Assembly (NCBI GenBank): GCA_963811055.1
Contig: CAWEPQ010000001.1
Coordinates: 60,390 to 124,389, forward strand
Reading direction: 5' to 3'
DNA length: 64,000 bases
Source of the DNA: an uncultured Thermoleophilaceae bacterium
Lineage (GTDB): Bacteria > Actinomycetota > Thermoleophilia > Solirubrobacterales > Thermoleophilaceae
Each line of letters starts with the position of its first letter. The first letter of the stretch is position 1. Made by a program: the position numbers and the translations under genes. The notes under the pieces were generated by a model. That model searched no databases and was not told the DNA's origin. It was given only the letters and a program-made list of their open reading frames with translations. This document shows, in pieces, positions 40,312 through 50,814 of the stretch.

Positions 40312-41847
40312 TCAGGCGGGCGGGCCGGGCGCCACGAGATCGCGGTCCCGGATCAGGAGCAGCGAGAGCACGGCCCCGGCGAACGCGATGATCGCGGCCA
40401 CCACGATGATGGTGTTGAAGCCGTCGAGGAACGCCCGTGTGGCGGCCTCCTCCACCGCGCCGCGGGCATTCGCCGGCACGGAGGCGATGGCCTGCTGCGC
40501 ACCGCCGGAAGCCACCGCCTCACCGAGGCCCTTGGCGGCGCCTGGCGGCACCGGCGCGCCGGACAGCAGCGTCTCCAGCCGACCGGTCACGTGCGACTGG
40601 AAGATGGCGCCGAGCCCCGCTATGCCGGTGGCGATCCCCACCTGCCGGAAGGTGTTGTTGATCCCCGAGGCGGTGCCGCTGAGCCGCTGGTCGACAACGC
40701 TCACCGCCGTGTAGCTGAGCGGCGCGTTCACGAAGCCCACACCCGTGCCGGCGATGACGAATCCGGCCAGGAGGGTCGTCCACTTCGAGTCGGGCGAGAC
40801 GCCGCCCATGAGGAGCAGCCCCGTGCCGACCGCCGCGAGCCCCCCGAAGATCAGGACCCGTACCGGCACACGGTTCATGAGCCGTGCGGCGATCGGCGCC
40901 GCGAAGAAGGACAGCACCGACACGGGCAGGAACCGCAGGCCGGCATGGAACGGCGAGTACCGCAGCACGTTCTGCATGTAGAGCGTGAGGTACAGGAACA
41001 TCGAGAACATCGACGCCGAGATCGAGAAGGCGGCGATCTGGGCGCCCGTGAAGGCCGGCTTGCGGAACAGCGAGAGGTCGAGCATCGGCTCCCGCCCGAG
41101 CCGCTCGACGACCACGAAGGCGATCAGCAGCGCCGCCGACCCCACGAGCAGCGCCACGATCGTGGTGCTGCCCCAGCCCTCGGCGTTGCCCCGGATCAGG
41201 GCGAACACCAGGCAGAAGAGCCCGCCGCTGAACGTGACCACACCCGCCCAGTCCAGACGCGGCCGCGTCTCAGGGCGGTACTCGTGGAGCTTGAGCAGGG
41301 TCACGACGACCGTGAGCGCGCCGATCGGCACGTTCACGAAGAAGATCCATTCCCAGCCGAGGGTCTCGGTGAGCACGCCTCCCACCAGCGGGCCCACCGC
41401 CACCGCGGCGCCGATGGTGGCTCCCCAGATGCCGAAGGCGGATGCCCGCTCGCGGCCCTCGAACTCCTGGGCGATCAGAGCGGGGGCACAGGCGAACATC
41501 ACCGCGCCGCCGATCCCCTGGAATCCGCGGGCGAGGTTGAGCACCGTGGGCGTGCCGGACAGCCCGCAGAGCAGCGACGCGAGGCTGAACAGGGCCAGGC
41601 CGATGGCGAACACGCGCCGGCGGCCGAAGAGGTCGGCCAGCGAGCCCGCCATGAGCAGCACCGACGCCAGCATCAGCGAGTAGGCGTCCACGACCCACTG
41701 GAGGTCGGTGAAGCTGGCGTCCAGCTCGCGCTGGATGTCCGGCAGCGCCACGTTCACCACCGTGATGTCCAGCAGCAGCATGAACGTGCCGAGGCATACC
41801 GCCAGCAAGGTCCAGTTCTTGGTGCTCACCTGTGGCCTATTCCCCAT
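40312..41847 (-). CDS. MFS transporter, DHA2 (EmrB/QacA, 14-TMS) family
   Basis: Track ORF 40312..42120 trimmed to ATG 41847. 511 aa with LDITVVNVALPDIQ and about 14 hydrophobic segments. Confidence 0.85.
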   Translation of the reverse strand: MGNRPQVSTKNWTLLAVCLGTFMLLLDITVVNVALPDIQRELDASFTDLQWVVDAYSLMLASVLLMAGSLADLFGRRRVFAIGLALFSLASLLCGLSGTPTVLNLARGFQGIGGAVMFACAPALIAQEFEGRERASAFGIWGATIGAAVAVGPLVGGVLTETLGWEWIFFVNVPIGALTVVVTLLKLHEYRPETRPRLDWAGVVTFSGGLFCLVFALIRGNAEGWGSTTIVALLVGSAALLIAFVVVERLGREPMLDLSLFRKPAFTGAQIAAFSISASMFSMFLYLTLYMQNVLRYSPFHAGLRFLPVSVLSFFAAPIAARLMNRVPVRVLIFGGLAAVGTGLLLMGGVSPDSKWTTLLAGFVIAGTGVGFVNAPLSYTAVSVVDQRLSGTASGINNTFRQVGIATGIAGLGAIFQSHVTGRLETLLSGAPVPPGAAKGLGEAVASGGAQQAIASVPANARGAVEEAATRAFLDGFNTIIVVAAIIAFAGAVLSLLLIRDRDLVAPGPPA

Positions 41848-41907
41848 CCGGCGCCGGCTACTCGCGCTGGAAGGCCGGGCACGTGCGACCTGCCACCATC
41901 CCCGTGC

Positions 41908-43062
41908 ATGTTCGGGGGCAGCTCGATCCAGCTCGCGCGCATCTTCGGCATCCGGATCGGGGTGGATGTCAGCTGGTTCCTCGTTCTGTTCCTGATCATC
42001 TGGTCGTTCTCGGGGGACTACTCGGATCTGTTCCCGGGCGAGGACGGTAAAGCGTTCGCCCTGGCGACGATCACGGCGCTTCTGTTCTTCGCCTCGATCC
42101 TGCTCCACGAGCTTGGGCACGCGGTGGTGGCGATGCGCAACGGCATACCGATCTCAGGCATCGACCTATGGCTGTTCGGCGGCGTGGCCAAGCTCGAGCG
42201 CGACACCGACTCGCCGGGCGTGGAGTTCCGGGTGGCGGTGGCCGGGCCGCTCGTGACCCTGGCGATCGCGGTGCTCTGCTTCGGCGCCGCCAGCGCCATT
42301 TCGGGCACCGACGAAGCGATGAACGCCTCGTCGTTCGACATCGGGACCTTCAACGAGGCCACCGCCGTGCTCGGCCACCTGGCGTCGATCAACGCGTTCG
42401 TCCTGATCTTCAATCTGATTCCGGGCTTCCCGCTCGACGGCGGGCGGATCGCGAGGGCGATCGTGTGGTGGCGCACCGGGGACCGCGCCAGGGCCACTCA
42501 GCTGGCCGCCCGGCTCGGGCGCGGGGTGGCCTACCTGATGATCGCCCTGGGCGTGTACATGTTCCTGCGCGGCGACCCCGTCGGCGGGATCTGGCTGGGA
42601 TTCATCGGCCTGTTCCTGTCACAGGCGGCCAAGGGGGCCGAGGTGCAGGCGGCCTTCGCCGGCCGGATCGAGGGTCTGCGGGTGGCCGACGTGATGGACA
42701 TCGAGCCGGTGGCGATCCCGGAGACGCTCTCGCTGGACCGGGCCGAGGAGGAGTTCTTCCTGCGCTACGGCTGGCCCTGGTTCCCGGTGGTTGACGCCTC
42801 GGGAAGGCTCGTCGGGGTGGTGTCCCGCGAGGCGGTGGACAGCGTGGCCGAGCAGGTGCGCCCATCGCGGCCGGTGGCCTCGGTGATGGCTCGCGACGAG
42901 GGCGACAGCGGCCTGCGCGTGCGGCTGGAGGACCCGCTCGAGACGCTGCTCAGCCGCGAGGGGCTGGCCCGCCTCGGAGCGATCATGGCCGTGGATGACG
43001 CCGGCGTTCTGCGCGGGATCGTGACCGTCGACCGGGTTCGACGGGCGCTCCGGCCCGCCTGA
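41908..43062 (+). CDS. site-2 protease (M50) family metalloprotease with CBS pair
   Basis: ATG 41908 within the frame of ORF 40591..43062; the preceding 439 codons are antisense shadow of the MFS gene. HELGH lies in a TM helix, and two CBS-like repeats are at the C-terminus. Confidence 0.85.
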   Translation: MFGGSSIQLARIFGIRIGVDVSWFLVLFLIIWSFSGDYSDLFPGEDGKAFALATITALLFFASILLHELGHAVVAMRNGIPISGIDLWLFGGVAKLERDTDSPGVEFRVAVAGPLVTLAIAVLCFGAASAISGTDEAMNASSFDIGTFNEATAVLGHLASINAFVLIFNLIPGFPLDGGRIARAIVWWRTGDRARATQLAARLGRGVAYLMIALGVYMFLRGDPVGGIWLGFIGLFLSQAAKGAEVQAAFAGRIEGLRVADVMDIEPVAIPETLSLDRAEEEFFLRYGWPWFPVVDASGRLVGVVSREAVDSVAEQVRPSRPVASVMARDEGDSGLRVRLEDPLETLLSREGLARLGAIMAVDDAGVLRGIVTVDRVRRALRPA

Positions 43063-43834
43063 CCTCGTCAGCAACCGCGGCGGGATCGCGCTCGAGCCGG
43101 AGCTGAGTGAAGCGCATCACCCGGTAGCCGGCCGCCGTGAGCGCGGTGTCGCGAGAGCGATCCCGCTCAAACGCGACGCGGGTGCCGTGGGCGGCGTGGC
43201 CGTCAAGTTCGACCACCAGCCGCGACTCTCGCCAGACGAAGTCGACCTCGTGACCATCCACCTGCGCGTTCGTCTCGGGCTGGGTGAGGAGGTGGCTTCC
43301 GCAGATCGCGAGGAACATCTCCTCCAGCTCGGAGCGCGTGCGTGTGGAGCCGGGCACATGGCTGGCAAGCACCTCGGCGAGCACCCCGGCGCCGCGGCGC
43401 CCCGGTATCGGGCGCAGACCCGTGTGGTCGAGGCGCAGGAACTCGGCCTCGTCCATGGCCCGCTCGAGCCCCCGCCGGGTGAGGACGTCGGCGAGGTCGA
43501 TGAGCGTCCGGGCCGGCGATGTGACGGGAATCCCCTCGATGACGCCGCGGTGCCTGGTGGGGATCTCGGCGCGGTGGACGAGTATGTCCTGGGGCCTGCG
43601 ATCGCCGGGTGCAGTGACCTCGAAGAACGCGGTGCTCGGGCCCAATCTCAGAAGCTCGGCGGCACTGCGATGGCTGAGGACCGCTCCATCACCGCAGGCG
43701 AGCACCGCTGCCATCAGCCGCCCATAGCGGGGTAGGACAGGGTGGCCTACGGCATACACGCCCCGGTGGATCCGGTGCAGCCGGCCGGCGCGAATCCGCC
43801 ATGCAATCGCGCCTTCACCCAGTCCGAGCGCCAA
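42983..43834 (-). CDS. DUF559 (Vsr-like endonuclease fold) domain protein
   Basis: 283-aa ORF with GVYAVGH.., VDFVWRESRLVVELDG..H and AAGYRVMRFT. The conserved N-terminus clearly continues upstream in frame without a start codon (see finding). The 3' end overlaps the M50 gene by 80 nt. Confidence 0.65.
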   Translation of the reverse strand: MALGLGEGAIAWRIRAGRLHRIHRGVYAVGHPVLPRYGRLMAAVLACGDGAVLSHRSAAELLRLGPSTAFFEVTAPGDRRPQDILVHRAEIPTRHRGVIEGIPVTSPARTLIDLADVLTRRGLERAMDEAEFLRLDHTGLRPIPGRRGAGVLAEVLASHVPGSTRTRSELEEMFLAICGSHLLTQPETNAQVDGHEVDFVWRESRLVVELDGHAAHGTRVAFERDRSRDTALTAAGYRVMRFTQLRLERDPAAVADEVRRAGAPVEPGRRSRSRAERRRHPRP

Positions 43835-44027
43835 GAGCTGTCGACCGGAGACCGGCCCATGCTGGCGCTCGGCGAGCTCGGCAATCAGGTGATCGGCAGG
43901 GGGTGTGGGGAGTTTTCGATGTATGCCAACGGAAAGTCCCCAGACCCCCGTCCAGCCCCCCGCTGAAGGGGCCCCGGCGGGTCGCGTCCGTCCGTTCCCT
44001 AGAATCGCGGGCCGCCTTACCCCATTG

Positions 44028-45710
44028 ATGCCTCAGCACGACGTCCTAGTGATCGGGGCCGGTCTAGCCGGCCAGCGCGCAGCCCTCGCAGCAGCGGAAG
44101 GGGGCGCCTCCGTGGGCATCATCTCCAAGGTCCACCCCGTGCGCTCGCACTCCAACGCGGCCCAGGGCGGGATCAACGCGGCGTTGAATCCCGAGGACAC
44201 CTGGGAGTCGCACGCGTTCGACACCATCAAGGGCTCCGACTACCTCGGCGACCAGGACGCGATCGAGGTCATGTGCCGCGAGGCTCCCTCGGAGCTGCTC
44301 GAGCTCGAGCACTGGGGCGTGACCTTCCACCGCGACGAGGAGGGGCGCCTCGGCACCCGCGCCTTCGGAGGCGCGTCGGCGGCGCGCACCTACTACGTGG
44401 CCGACATCACCGGCCAGGCGATTCTCCACGTGCTCTACGAGCAGCTCATGCGCCACGAGGAGGTGACCCGCTACGAGGAGTGGTTCACCACCGCGCTCGT
44501 GCAGGACGACGAGGGCCGGATCGCCGGCGCGGTGACCCGCAACATGCGCGACGGGTCACTGGAGCTCTTCTCGGCCCGCGCAGTGATCCTCGCCACCGGC
44601 GGCAACGGCCAGATCTACGACCCCACCACCAACGCCCTGATCTGCACGGGCGACGGGATCGCCATGGCTTACCGGGTGGGCGCCCCGCTGATGGACATGG
44701 AGATGATCCAGTACCACCCCACCACGCTGGCGGGCCTGGGACTGCTGATCACCGAGGGCGCCCGCGGCGAGGGCGCGCACCTCTACAACGCCCAGGGCGA
44801 GCGCTTCATGGAGAAGTACGCGCCTAACAAGATGGAGCTCGCATCGCGCGACGTGGTGTCGCGGGCCGAGCAGACCGAGATCAACGAGGGGCGCGGCTTC
44901 CCGGACGGCACGGTGGCGCTCGACATCACGGTGGTCCCGCGCAAGCGCATCCACGAGGCGCTCAGGGAGATCGTGAACGTGGGCCGCGACTTCGCGGGCG
45001 TGGACATCACCCGCGAGCCGATCCACATCAAGCCGGGCAACCACTACACGATGGGCGGCGTGCGCACCGACGTGGACGGGCAGACGTCCATCCCGGGCCT
45101 CTACGCGGCCGGCGAGTGCGCCTGCGTGTCCGTGCACGGCGGGAACCGCCTGGGCGCCAACTCGCTGCTCGACACCCTCGTGTTCGGGCGCCGTTCCGGC
45201 GCCCACGCCGCCCGCGTGGTCAAGGGCCTGGCGCCGTCGGCGCCCTCGCGCGAGTCGCTCCTGGCCGAGGAGCGCACCATCCAGGAGATCGTCAGCCGCG
45301 ACCGCACCGGTCGCCGCGTGTCGGAGGTCAAGGCCGAGCTGGGCTCGACGATGGACAAGTACGTGGCCGTCTTCCGCGACGAGGAGGGGCTGAACACCGC
45401 CCTCGAGATCGTGCGCCGCCTCAGGGAGGAGGCGAAGACCGTGGCCGTGGACGACAAGGGGACCGTCTTCAACCAGGACGTGCTCGGCGCGCTCGAGCTC
45501 CAGTTCATGCTCGACAACGCCGAGGCGATGGTGGTGTCCGCGCTAGAGCGCAAGGAGAGCCGTGGGGCCCAGTACCGCACCGACTTCCCGGCCCGCAACG
45601 ACGAAGAGTGGCTCAAGCACATCAACGTCGCGGCCAACGGCGACGAGCCCGACGTGTCCTACTCCGAGGTCACTCTGACACAGTGGCAGCCCGAGGAACG
45701 TACGTACTGA
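44028..45710 (+). CDS. sdhA: succinate dehydrogenase/fumarate reductase flavoprotein subunit
   Basis: Track ORF 43905..45710 trimmed to ATG 44028. It has [10 protein letters not shown], the covalent-FAD His context [10 protein letters not shown], and HPTT..GARGEG. Confidence 0.95.
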   Translation: MPQHDVLVIGAGLAGQRAALAAAEGGASVGIISKVHPVRSHSNAAQGGINAALNPEDTWESHAFDTIKGSDYLGDQDAIEVMCREAPSELLELEHWGVTFHRDEEGRLGTRAFGGASAARTYYVADITGQAILHVLYEQLMRHEEVTRYEEWFTTALVQDDEGRIAGAVTRNMRDGSLELFSARAVILATGGNGQIYDPTTNALICTGDGIAMAYRVGAPLMDMEMIQYHPTTLAGLGLLITEGARGEGAHLYNAQGERFMEKYAPNKMELASRDVVSRAEQTEINEGRGFPDGTVALDITVVPRKRIHEALREIVNVGRDFAGVDITREPIHIKPGNHYTMGGVRTDVDGQTSIPGLYAAGECACVSVHGGNRLGANSLLDTLVFGRRSGAHAARVVKGLAPSAPSRESLLAEERTIQEIVSRDRTGRRVSEVKAELGSTMDKYVAVFRDEEGLNTALEIVRRLREEAKTVAVDDKGTVFNQDVLGALELQFMLDNAEAMVVSALERKESRGAQYRTDFPARNDEEWLKHINVAANGDEPDVSYSEVTLTQWQPEERTY

Positions 45711-45711
45711 G

Positions 45712-46776
45712 ATGGCTGAATACACGCTGAAAATCCGTCGCTTCAACCCCGAGTCGGGGGAGCCCGCCTACTGGGACGAGCGCGGCGTGGATCTCCCGCC
45801 GGAGCGCTCGGTGCTGGACGGCATCCTCCAGGTGAAGGACCGCGAGGACGCCTCGATCGGCATCCGCTGCTCGTGCCGGGCGGCGATCTGCGGGTCCTGC
45901 GGCGTCCGCATCAACGGCAAGTCCGCGCTCGCCTGCAACACCCAGATCGGCGAGGCGGCCGAGGGCGCCCGCGACGGTGCGATCACCGTCGAACCGATGG
46001 GGAACATGCCCGTGATCAAGGACCTGATCACCGACATGGAGGCCGTGCACTGGAAGAAGATCCGGCGTGTGGTGCCGTGGCTGCTCCCCGCCGAGGAGCC
46101 GCCCCCGAACAGCGAGTACATCGTGCCCGCCGAGGCGATGCTCGACGTGACCCAGGCGATGGCCTGCATCCAGTGCGGTGTGTGCGTGTCGGCGTGCCTG
46201 TCGCTGGAGGTCGATCCCGAGTTCATGGGTCCCGCCGCGCTGGCCAAGGCCTATCGCTTCGTAGGTGACCCGCGCGACGGCGCGCACGAGGCGCGCCTGA
46301 AGGACCTGGCGGCCGATGAGCACGGGATCTACGACTGCACCCACTGCTTCGCGTGCGTGGAGGTCTGCCCCAAGGACGTGGCGCCGATGAACCAGATCAT
46401 GCGCCTGCGGCGCAAGGCGTCCGACGACTACGAGATCAAGGACGACAACAACGGCTACGGGCACGAGAAGGCCTTCGTGACGCTCGTCGAGAAGTACGGC
46501 ACGCTGCACGAAGCGCAGCTGCTCCCGCGCTCGTTCGGCCAGGGCAGCCTCGTCCGCGGCCAGCTCGAGCCTGGCGCCGTCAAGCAGCTGGTCCGCGAGC
46601 TTCCCACCGCGTTTCGCGGTCTCGCGTCGGGCAAGGTCACGCCGAAGAAGGCACTGCTCCACCCGAAGCTGCCGGATCAGGATCAGGTGCGCCGGATCTT
46701 CAAGGAGATCGAGTCGCACGACGAGCGGATCGAGCTCAACCTCTACATCGTCGGAGAGTCTGGAGGCGAGGCGTGA
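45712..46776 (+). CDS. sdhB: succinate dehydrogenase/fumarate reductase iron-sulfur subunit with about 100-aa C-terminal extension
   Basis: 354-aa ORF. It carries a 2Fe-2S motif ([23 protein letters not shown]), [11 protein letters not shown], and a third motif [12 protein letters not shown] with an extra Cys. Confidence 0.9.
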   Translation: MAEYTLKIRRFNPESGEPAYWDERGVDLPPERSVLDGILQVKDREDASIGIRCSCRAAICGSCGVRINGKSALACNTQIGEAAEGARDGAITVEPMGNMPVIKDLITDMEAVHWKKIRRVVPWLLPAEEPPPNSEYIVPAEAMLDVTQAMACIQCGVCVSACLSLEVDPEFMGPAALAKAYRFVGDPRDGAHEARLKDLAADEHGIYDCTHCFACVEVCPKDVAPMNQIMRLRRKASDDYEIKDDNNGYGHEKAFVTLVEKYGTLHEAQLLPRSFGQGSLVRGQLEPGAVKQLVRELPTAFRGLASGKVTPKKALLHPKLPDQDQVRRIFKEIESHDERIELNLYIVGESGGEA

Positions 46777-47675
46777 AGCTCGCGTACTGGCCGGGCTGTG
46801 TGTCGCGCGGGTTCACGCCCGAGCTGCACGGCTCGGTGGCCAAGATCGCACCGTTGCTTGACCTGGAGCTGGTGGAGCTCGACCGCGCCAACTGCTGCGG
46901 CGCCGGCGTGGTGGCCGAGCACAACCAGGAGCTGGCCGACACCCTCAACGCCCGCACGTTCGCGATGGCGCAGAAGGTCGAGGGTGCCGCCGGCATGATG
47001 AACATCTGCTCCACCTGCCAGGGCGCCCAGTCCGAGTGCCAGGAGCGGCTCGACGCCAGCTCCGACTACCGCACCGAGGTGAACACCCACCTCAAGCCCG
47101 AGGAGCTCTCCTACGAGAAGTCCGACGGCTGGTGGAACAAGAACTTCCTCTGGGTCCTGGTCGAGGAGATCGGCCTCGACACCCTGCGCGACCGCGTGAA
47201 GCGCCCGCTCGAGGGCCTACGTATCGCGCCGTTCTACGGCTGCTACATCGTCCGCCCCACAAAGCGCCTCGGCTTCGACCAGCATCCCGGCCGCGACTCG
47301 TACCTCGAGCAGCTCATCGAAGTGCTGGGCGCCGAGCCGGTGGACTACGCCGGGGCGCGCAAGTGCTGCGGCTTCCCGGTGATCACGATGAACCGGACCA
47401 CCTCGCTGCGCCAGGCCGGCCGGCACCTCGCCGACGCCATCGACGCCGGTGCCGACTGCCTCGTGACCCCCTGCCCCCTCTGCCACCTGAACCTGGACAT
47501 GCAGCAGCCGGCGGCCGAGCGCTTCGTGGAGCGCGACCTGGGGGTGCCGGTACTGCACCTGCCGCAGATGGTCGGACTCGCGCTCGGACTCGAGCCCAAG
47601 GAGCTCGGGATGGGCAAGCACGTGGTGTCCACCGGTGACGTGCAGCGCAAGGTCGCGCAGCTCGCTGCGGCCTAG
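46773..47675 (+). CDS. HdrB-like CCG-domain subunit (SdhE/SdhC of type E succinate:quinone oxidoreductases)
   Basis: GTG 46773 within the frame of ORF 46353..47675, forming a GTGA overlap with the sdhB stop. 300 aa with two CCG motifs (ANCCGAG..NICSTCQ and RKCCGFP..TPCPLCH). Confidence 0.85.
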   Translation: MKLAYWPGCVSRGFTPELHGSVAKIAPLLDLELVELDRANCCGAGVVAEHNQELADTLNARTFAMAQKVEGAAGMMNICSTCQGAQSECQERLDASSDYRTEVNTHLKPEELSYEKSDGWWNKNFLWVLVEEIGLDTLRDRVKRPLEGLRIAPFYGCYIVRPTKRLGFDQHPGRDSYLEQLIEVLGAEPVDYAGARKCCGFPVITMNRTTSLRQAGRHLADAIDAGADCLVTPCPLCHLNLDMQQPAAERFVERDLGVPVLHLPQMVGLALGLEPKELGMGKHVVSTGDVQRKVAQLAAA

Positions 47676-47783
47676 CCCATCGCATAGGTCGCGCGAGGGC
47701 TACCTCCCAATTTCCGCAGTCACGGGACGAAAGACGGCCAGGATTCGCGCTCGCCTCCGCCCGCGCTCCTAGACTGCGGCGCG

Positions 47784-48425
47784 ATGCCAACCGTGGTTTC
47801 GGCACGGTTCGAGGATCTCGTCGCGCTCGCCCTGAGCGTCCTCATCGCCGAGGACCCGAACCTTGATCTTGTGGAGTCCGACGTGTCGGTCGAAGATCTC
47901 GACGAGACGATCGAGCGCCACCACCCGAAGGTGGTCCTCCTCAACCACGGCACCCTGCGCTCACCGACACAGGTGTTCTCGCTTCACAGGAGCTATCCGG
48001 ACACGGCGATCGTGGTGCTGGCCAACAGCCCCACCGCTGCGGACTTCAACCAGATGCTCTCCTACGGCGCCACCGCCTGCCTGTCCAAGGAGACGGAGGC
48101 CCGCGACGTGATCAGCGCCATCCACCTGGCCGCGCGCGGCATGCACGTGCTGCCCCAGACGGCCACCGTCCACGGCGGCGATCCGGTGCGAATCCGCGGC
48201 GTGGACCAGCTGACCCCGCGCGAGGGCGAGGTGCTGCAGCAGCTCCAGGGAGGCGCAACCAACGCCGAGATCGCCGAGCGGCTGGCGATCGGGGTGGAGA
48301 CCGTGCGCACCCACGCGCGCAAGATCTATCGCAAGCTCGGCATCGCCTCGCGGCGCGAGCTGGCACGCCTCGAGCGCCAGGGACTGGTCACGCTCGAGCG
48401 CCGCAACGGCGTCCCGACCTCCTAA
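47784..48425 (+). CDS. LuxR/NarL-family response-regulator-like protein with atypical receiver
   Basis: 213-aa ORF with a C-terminal LuxR HTH (LTPREGEVLQQLQGGATNAEIAERLAIGVETVRTHARKIYRKLG). In the REC-like N-domain the expected phospho-acceptor position reads Asn (VVLLNHG). Confidence 0.8.
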   Translation: MPTVVSARFEDLVALALSVLIAEDPNLDLVESDVSVEDLDETIERHHPKVVLLNHGTLRSPTQVFSLHRSYPDTAIVVLANSPTAADFNQMLSYGATACLSKETEARDVISAIHLAARGMHVLPQTATVHGGDPVRIRGVDQLTPREGEVLQQLQGGATNAEIAERLAIGVETVRTHARKIYRKLGIASRRELARLERQGLVTLERRNGVPTS

Positions 48426-49440
48426 GCGGCGGTGCCCAGCAGGTTCCGGACCCGCAGGAGCTCGGCCACCTGAACCGCGTTGGTGGCGGCGCCCTTGCGG
48501 AGGTTGTCGCCCACGATCCAGAGGTTGAGGCAGCGCTCGTGTGAGGGGTCGCGGCGGATCCGCCCGACGAGCACGTCGTCGCGGCCCGCCACGTCGAGCG
48601 CCAGCGGGTAGAGGCCGTTGCCGGGGTCGTCCACCACGGTCACCCCAGGCGCCGACGCGAGCAGCTCGCGGCACTCCTCCGGTGAGAGCGGGTCGCGGGT
48701 CTGCACGTTGGCCGACACCGAGTGGCCCGTATAGACGGGCACGCGCGCGCACGTGGCCGACACGCCGATGTCCTCGCGGCCGAGGATCTTGCGCGTCTCG
48801 CGCATGACCTTGCGCTCCTCGGTCGTGTAGTCGTCGCCGTCCTGGAACTTCTCCACCTGGGGCACCACGTTGAAGGCGATCTGGTGGGGATAGACGCTCG
48901 GGGGCGGCACGTCCTTGGCCTCCAGGGTCGCGAGCGCCTGGTCGTGCAGCTCCTCCACCGCGCGCTGGCCGGTACCCGACACCGCCTGGTAGGTGGAGGC
49001 AACCACGCGCTCGATGCCGGCGGCATCGAGGATCGGCTTGAGCGCGACGACCGTCTGCATGGTCGTGCAGTTGGGGTTGGCCACGATGCCGCGGTGGGTG
49101 TCGAGCGCCTCCGGGTTGACCTCGGAAACGACCAGCGGCACGTCGTCGTGCATGCGCCAGAAGGACGAGTTGTCCACCACCACGGCGCCCGCGTCCGCAA
49201 AGCGCCTTCCCCACGCCTCGCTGATGGCGGATCCGGCCGAGAAGAGCGCGAGGTCGAAGCCCTGGATCGCCTCATCGGAGAGCGCCTGGACTTTCAGGCT
49301 GGTGTCCCCGAAGTCGATCGAGCGGCCGGCCGAGCGCTCGGAGGCGAACGGCACCACCTCGTCGGCGGGGAACGAGCGCTCGCGCATCACGCCGAGCATC
49401 GTCGACCCCACAGCGCCGGTGGCGCCCACCACGGCGACCC

Positions 49441-49444
<4 letters not shown>
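48422..49444 (-). CDS. asd: aspartate-semialdehyde dehydrogenase
   Basis: Frame of ORF 48422..50500 trimmed to ATG 49444, which forms an ATGA overlap with the ask stop. 340 aa with [11 protein letters not shown] and the active-site segment ANPNCTT. Confidence 0.95.
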
Positions 49445-50745
<1,301 letters not shown>

Positions 50746-50814
50746 AGGGGCACAAGATAGTCCTGGACGAACGGACCCTTGCGCGTGAGGGACGCCAGGC
50801 GGTAGCTTGCTCCC

